Positions 59,501-64,000 of a stretch of DNA of 64,000 bases are shown piece after piece. Source of the DNA: Macrostomum lignano (taxonomy: Eukaryota); the NCBI GenBank assembly GCA_002269645.1, contig NIVC01001049.1, positions 62,001 to 126,000 on the forward strand, read 5' to 3'. Every line of letters begins with the position of its first letter. Position 1 is the first letter of the stretch. The notes below the pieces were generated by a model. The model worked only from the letters and a program-made list of their open reading frames with translations. It was not told the DNA's origin and ran no database searches. The position numbers were made by a program, and so were the translations under genes.

Positions 59501-60373
59501 TGGAATCAACCGAGGCACCGCCCAGTTACCCCGACACCAGTCACAAGCTGGACTAGCTCCGCTCACAGACTGGACTCACCTGAGCACCGCCCAGTTACCC
59601 CAGCTCCGGTCACAGACTGGACTCACCTGAGCACCGCCCAGTTACCCCAGCTCCGGTCACAGACTGGACTCACCTGAGCACCGCCCAGTTACCCCAGCTC
59701 CGGTCACAGACTGGACTCACCTGAGCACCGCCCAGTTACCCCAGCTCCGGTCACAGACTGGACTCACCTGAGCACCGCCCAGTTACCCCAGCTCCGGTCA
59801 CAGACTGGACTCAACTGAAGCACCGCCCAGTTACCCCAGCTCCGGTCACAGACTGGACTCACCTGAGCACCGCCCAGTTACCCCAGCTCCGGTCACAGAC
59901 TGGACTCAACTGAAGCACCGCCCAGTTACCCCAGCTCCGGTCACAGACTGGACTCACCTGAGCACCGCCCAGTTACCCCAGCTCCGGTCACAGACTGGAC
60001 TCAACTGAGGCCCCGCCCAGTTACCCCAGCTCCGGTCACAGACTGGACTCAACTGAGGCCCCGCCCAGTTACCCCAGCTCCGGTCACAGACTGGACTCAC
60101 CTGAGGCACCACCCAGTTACCCCAGCTAGTCACAGACTGGACTCAACTGAAGCACCGCCCAGTTACCCCAGCTCCGGTCACAGACTGGACTCACCTGAGC
60201 ACCGCCCAGTTATCCCAGCTCCGGTCACAGACTGGACTCAACTGAGGCACCGCCCAGTTACCCCAGCTCCGGTCACAGACTGAACTCACCTCGATTATCA
60301 AACGAAGCGAAGGGGCTGATCAGCAGGAACAGCAGGTAGACAAAGGAGAACACATTGTATCGAATTAGGCTGC
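31781..60373 (-). CDS. Piezo: Piezo-type mechanosensitive ion channel (about 26 exons; first exon not located)
   Basis: Exons: 60290-60373, 58911-59030, 57879-58376, 56706-56874, three micro-exon candidates, about 51002-51655, 49915-50238, 49393-49541, 48094-48463, 46901-47067, 44988-45161, 43701-44430, 43178-43331, 42149-42531, 41318-41583, 39868-40481, 38667-39717, 38075-38325, about 36985-37215, 36743-36906, 35280-35871, 33563-33976, 32603-32782, 31781-32215. Hallmarks: [79 protein letters not shown]. Confidence 0.95.
32862..33535. repeat. About 41-bp intronic repeat
   Basis: Unit GATCACAGGTGAGACCCAATGACACCGGTGAATGGAATGGA. Confidence 0.9.
34665..35255. repeat. (TGTC)n microsatellite
   Basis: Same family, in opposite orientation, at 52000-52535 and 55785-56565. 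Confidence 0.95.
35990..36680. repeat. 21-bp intronic repeat
   Basis: Unit GGGATTATTGGGATCAGTGTT. Confidence 0.95.
37290..37940. repeat. Intronic CAGCCATTCCGC-core repeat
   Basis: Alternating CCTCTCCTA / ACATTCTA variants. Confidence 0.9.
40558..40928 (+). repeat. Six 62-bp tRNA-like tandem units
   Basis: Units start at 40558, 40620, 40683, 40745, 40807 and 40869; each contains GGTTCGATTCC. Confidence 0.9.
42575..42935. repeat. About 30-bp intronic repeat
   Basis: AGACAGGGTCATAGATGGGTCAA core. Confidence 0.9.
43410..43680. repeat. About 49-bp intronic repeat
   Basis: AAGGACTACTAAAATGGTGTCCATGGCGGCTCAT core. Confidence 0.9.
44455..44980. repeat. GTCAGTGGTGTCACAGAG intronic repeat
   Basis: Fills nearly the whole intron. 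Confidence 0.9.
45215..46880. repeat. 23-bp intronic repeat
   Basis: Unit GCTAGGGAGGGGCGGTGTCAGAT. Confidence 0.95.
47400..48075. repeat. CAGACTCCACAGGTCCC intronic repeat
   Basis: Seen directly. Confidence 0.9.
48490..49350. repeat. 33-bp intronic repeat
   Basis: Unit CTGCCGCTAACTACAGATGCAGAGATGCCAAAA; explains ORF 48526-49359. Confidence 0.95.
49630..49800. repeat. 20-bp intronic repeat
   Basis: Unit AATAGCCTGTCACTCTTTAG. Confidence 0.9.
50300..50985. repeat. GAGAGTGGGGAGTAGAGTGTGAGG intronic repeat
   Basis: About 24-bp unit. Confidence 0.9.
52000..52535. repeat. (GACA)n microsatellite
   Basis: Seen directly. Confidence 0.95.
53040..54190. repeat. GGCTGGCCCAGCAACTGGGGATCTGGGA intronic repeat
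   Basis: Variable 28-35-bp units. Confidence 0.9.
55335..55530. repeat. 20-bp intronic repeat
   Basis: Unit GATGGCGCCACTGTAACAGG. Confidence 0.9.
55785..56565. repeat. (GACA)n microsatellite
   Basis: Seen directly. Confidence 0.95.
57005..57820. repeat. 23-bp intronic repeat
   Basis: Unit CTGTTTAGGGGCGATTCTCATGC. Confidence 0.95.
58460..58885. repeat. CCCACATCTATCCATCCCA intronic repeat
   Basis: Seen directly. Confidence 0.9.
59555..60285. repeat. 47-bp repeat of the first 47 nt of a Piezo intron
   Basis: Unit ACTCACCTGAGCACCGCCCAGTTACCCCAGCTCCGGTCACAGACTGG; a related array lies at 59280-59520. Confidence 0.95.
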
Positions 60374-62390
60374 CTGAAATGTAAACAATCAAATTGCCAC
60401 ACAATGTGTTTCAGAATCTGAATATGCCAAAAATGAAGTACAAACTACATACCAAAAAACAGCGATACTTGAATCAGGCCCTTGCATAGCAGCAGAATTG
60501 TATGAGTTTCTGCCATTCTGTTGACAAATTCTGTTTAATAACTCAATCCATTTCTACCTGACAATTGGCCATAAATTGGAGCAATTAAATTATGGAATTG
60601 AAGTAATGAAATAGAATCATTGTTTTAGAATCTTCTAGCAGTTAAAAAATGATTTTTAATAATTAAAACAAAAATACAAACTTTTTGTCAGGATTAGCTT
60701 GGTTGATTAAAGCAAACTGGTTTATGTGGAAAAATATTCACTTTAGAAAGTCTAGATTAGTAAATTTATATTTCTAGACATTTCTACAATCTTCTGTCTT
60801 AAATAATTTCCTAATAAGAAATCTTAATTTACTTGTATTAATAAAATTTTACCAATAAAATATCTAACTAGTCGATTTCATGATAAATAACAATATAAAT
60901 TAATAATACTATGATAGACCTACAAACAAAATTAGTAGATAATAATGTTTGCTAACATTGGTGGCAATATAGACTAAAGGTACTAGGATCTACTTTCACC
61001 TTTATTTACTATAAGCTAGGACATTTTGATTGATAGCTTAATATTAAAAGTTAATATTTGACATGTAAACTGACTGATTACACAAGTGGAACTAAAGCTT
61101 AGTGATCTAGCATAGCACTCTTATGTGCTATTAGCTTAGGCTGGATTCTAAATATAGTCTCATTAATTTAGAGCTGAATTTGAATCTTGGCTTTGATCTA
61201 CTTATGCAAATTAATGCTGCTCATTTTGCAGACAGGTAATAAACCCCCTAATGCATAGTGAAAATCCCTACTATTAAAAGACTAATAAAAATGAAAAAAA
61301 CATTATTTGAACATAAAAGATGAATTGAAAAATTACTAAGATGTCAAGTCTTCTAGGGGGGGGGGATTACTAAAAATATATCTAAAAAATATAACTAAAA
61401 ATAGTGTTGGATACCAGTCTGTTAATAAGCATTAATCCATTAATAAGTGTTGATAAAAGTTAAGAATTTTTGTTAATGCTAACAGACTGCCCTTAAGATT
61501 TTTTGCACTAATGGATTAACAAATTTGCATCAATAATTTTGTGAGCTAATAACAAATTCATCTATTATTGTTAATGTCAATGGCAATGTCAATGACCAAA
61601 GACACAAAGAAAGAACAAAAATATAAGTCTAACAAGAAGTTGCAACATTACAAATGTATTCAAAATTATCTAAGTGCCTAATAATTCTCTTAGCTTATGA
61701 TGATGGTCACGCAAATGTAACAACTTCTTGTACATAAAAATTAATTGCTTTGATTCACTTCTTTCCCAATCTTTTGTAACTTTCTGCACCTGCACTTGCA
61801 ATGCTACTGAAATACTGATTTGTATTTTATTAATAAATAATTAGCTTTCAAGTTAATTAGTGTCAAAATAAATTTTACTTCTTTTACAATATGGCATATA
61901 CTTCTTTTAGTAGTAGGCCCTATTATTCTTACATTTTTTTACAATTATTATGTATTACTTTTTTAGCTTGTAAATTGCTTAGATGACCCCTGTGTTTTGC
62001 TAAAAAGATGGAAAAGCAAAAACAGTACATTATGATATCTGTTTTGGAAAAATTGCAAGATTTTTATATTTTCTATGCTAACTTTAATGGATTAAAACCA
62101 CAGATACTAAAATAACTAGATAGGCCACTAAGGCATATATATTAAGTAAAACAGCTTTCTACTTTTAGTTCAATAGCAATAGCAAAGAAAGCATATATAA
62201 GCTTATTGTATAAAAAAGGTGGCTGAAATGGCTTTGATAAGTTTAGAAGTCCAAGCTTGCAAGTATCAGCAACTTGCTAATTGGTTCAGCAATAATGTAT
62301 ATTAGCCAGTCCACTAAAAATATATTTTTAGCAGCTTTATGTTAGAAGTCTAAAAAAGGCAATAATTGAATAAAAATTGAGGTAGGCAAG

Positions 62391-62686
62391 CATACATGCG
62401 CAACCTCCAAAATTCGGTCGGCCGTGCGACTTAGTTTTAACAAAAATGCGACGTAGTTTTTGGCCAAAAATGCGACTTGCATGTAAAAAAACCGTAAAGC
62501 AAAATCAACGCAACTTTGGGTAAACGGCAGGAGTAACTATAACTTTCTTATTAAGCCAAAATGCCTCGTCAGCTATTTAGTACTACTACTTAGGTGTTTT
62601 TGGGTGGGCATTTTTGCGACTTCCTTGGTTGGTCGCCAAATCGGTCGGCCGGATCGGCCGACTCGGCCGACTGTTGCGCATGAATG
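62391..62686. mobile_element. Non-autonomous hAT-type transposon (MITE), 296 bp
   Basis: TIRs CATACATGCGCAAC (62391-62404) and GTTGCGCATGAATG (62673-62686) match at 13 of 14 positions. Perfect 8-bp TSD TAGGCAAG at 62383-62390 and 62687-62694. Subterminal TGCGAC and TCGGTCGGCC repeats. Confidence 0.9.
62518..62581 (+). pseudogene. 28S rRNA gene fragment (R2 / I-PpoI target region) inside the MITE
   Basis: GGGTAAACGGCAGGAGTAACTATAACTTTCTTATTAAGCCAAAATGCCTCGTCAGCTATTTAGT versus conserved 28S GGGTAAACGGCGGGAGTAACTATGACTCTCTTAAGGTAGCCAAATGCCTCGTCATCTAATTAGT. Confidence 0.9.
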
Positions 62687-62923
62687 TAGGCAAGTGGGGG
62701 AGATTGAACATACTATTGAACTGAAAATAGCTTATACCCAAATGCTTAGGCCCTATCATATAAAGTATAAAAAGCATCATGTCAAAAAAGAAGTATCATG
62801 TTTTAGTTATGTCAGTGTCATAACATAGTCATAGTCATGTCAAGTTTTAATAGTTTGAAAGGCAACATATATGCTAGGATTTCCTAGTATACAACAAGGG
62901 TCTTACCATTTTTCAGCATATAT

Positions 62924-63242
62924 CAGGATATATCTAGGCATTCCAATCCTAGGATCCCGGGATTTAGCCTCAAAACATGGGATTTCAATCTTGGGATTTT
63001 TTGGGACTTGAAATTTTAGGATTTATGATCCTTGGGATTACAACAGTGTGGGATTGCGATCCCGGGATTGTAAGGCTTAAATTCCAGGATTGTTTTGGGA
63101 TTCAAAGCGGGATCCCGGGATTACTCTCAGTTAGGATTTTCCGGGATTAGTGATCCCAGGATTTTAAACCATTGGGATTTTAGGATTTTTTAATCCCAGG
63201 ATTATAAATTGTCAGGATTTTGGAATCCCTAGATATATCCTG
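62924..63242. mobile_element. Foldback / MITE-like element with internal GGGATT repeats
   Basis: 23-bp inverted repeat CAGGATATATCTAGGCATTCCAA (62924-62946) / TTGGAATCCCTAGATATATCCTG (63220-63242), one mismatch. No clear TSD. Confidence 0.5.
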
Positions 63243-64000
63243 GCGTATATCCCTAGATACATTGTGTGTGTCAAATGCCATTTTTTGTATTGGCATATAA
63301 ACCTGGCATAAAAACAAGGTCTTATCATTTTTTCCAGCATTAAACCTGGCATATACTAATACACAATCCAAACTGTGGCCCAATTGTACTGAGTGGCCTA
63401 TCTAATTATTCTAGTATCTACACATGATTAACACTCATTAACAGGGCCCAACACTGAAGATATCAAAGCTTATAAAAAGGAATTATTACAATAGGATTTC
63501 TTTGGCTTTGATTTATGATCCTTTTTTCACCCACATTTTGGTGAAAAATTGATGATAATCCCTAAGTAATTTGCTACTTTAATGATCATGGCTTGCTCCA
63601 AATAAGCAAAAGTTAATAAACTAGGCCTAAGCTTATATGTTTCACTAGAAAAATTGAACAGAATAGTACCACTAAGCTAACCTAGTTTTTCCTCTGGCAT
63701 AGCAATGCATTGACTATCAAAAAATCCTAGCATACAAATGACCTTCTTCAAAGTTGGCATACATATTTCAGCATACAAATTATGCCAATTTTTAATGTAC
63801 GAATTTTGGCACACAAAAATACACAAATTTTGGAGAGCAGTACATTTTAACATAAATATTAACATATTTTCATAAAATTAAGAAAAAACTTAAAAGGCTA
63901 AAATATTCCTTATTATAGATAGCTTTACTTGAAATACTAAATTAAATAAAAACAAATCAAATTCAGGATAAATGGAACTGCTTCCAAAAAGTATGTATTA

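Noticed and set aside
62900-62915. ATG|GTAAGA as the Piezo first exon
   Set aside because: It is a phase 0 donor, while the next exon (60373) needs phase 1, and no hydrophobic N-terminal coding segment precedes it.

Overview
Eukaryotic (metazoan) genomic DNA, not prokaryotic. GC-rich, Ala-run-rich exons are separated by introns made largely of minisatellites; this style suggests a flatworm such as Macrostomum, which is an inference only. Right half: a divergent multi-exon Piezo channel gene on the minus strand (about 26 exons, 31781-60373, first exon not found), followed on the same strand by a RIOK3-like gene whose catalytic residues are all replaced, then an F-type lectin gene broken by a 2.2-kb satellite. 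Left 18 kb: an island of intronless genes and mobile-element debris. It holds a decayed SGNH-esterase (LINE ORF1-like) ORF, an 898-aa protein with five CBM20-like modules, a parvovirus/Polinton-type PLA2 minigene, Gypsy-like remnants, an ankyrin protein with alternating 35/36-aa repeats and a secreted protein with an in-frame stop. Near the right end is a 296-bp hAT-type MITE (TIRs plus a perfect 8-bp TSD) carrying the 28S rRNA segment targeted by R2, I-PpoI and Pokey. Most long ORFs in the supplied track are artefacts of tandem repeats, and many of its initial M residues are alternative start codons. All family assignments come from motif recognition by eye; no searches were run.
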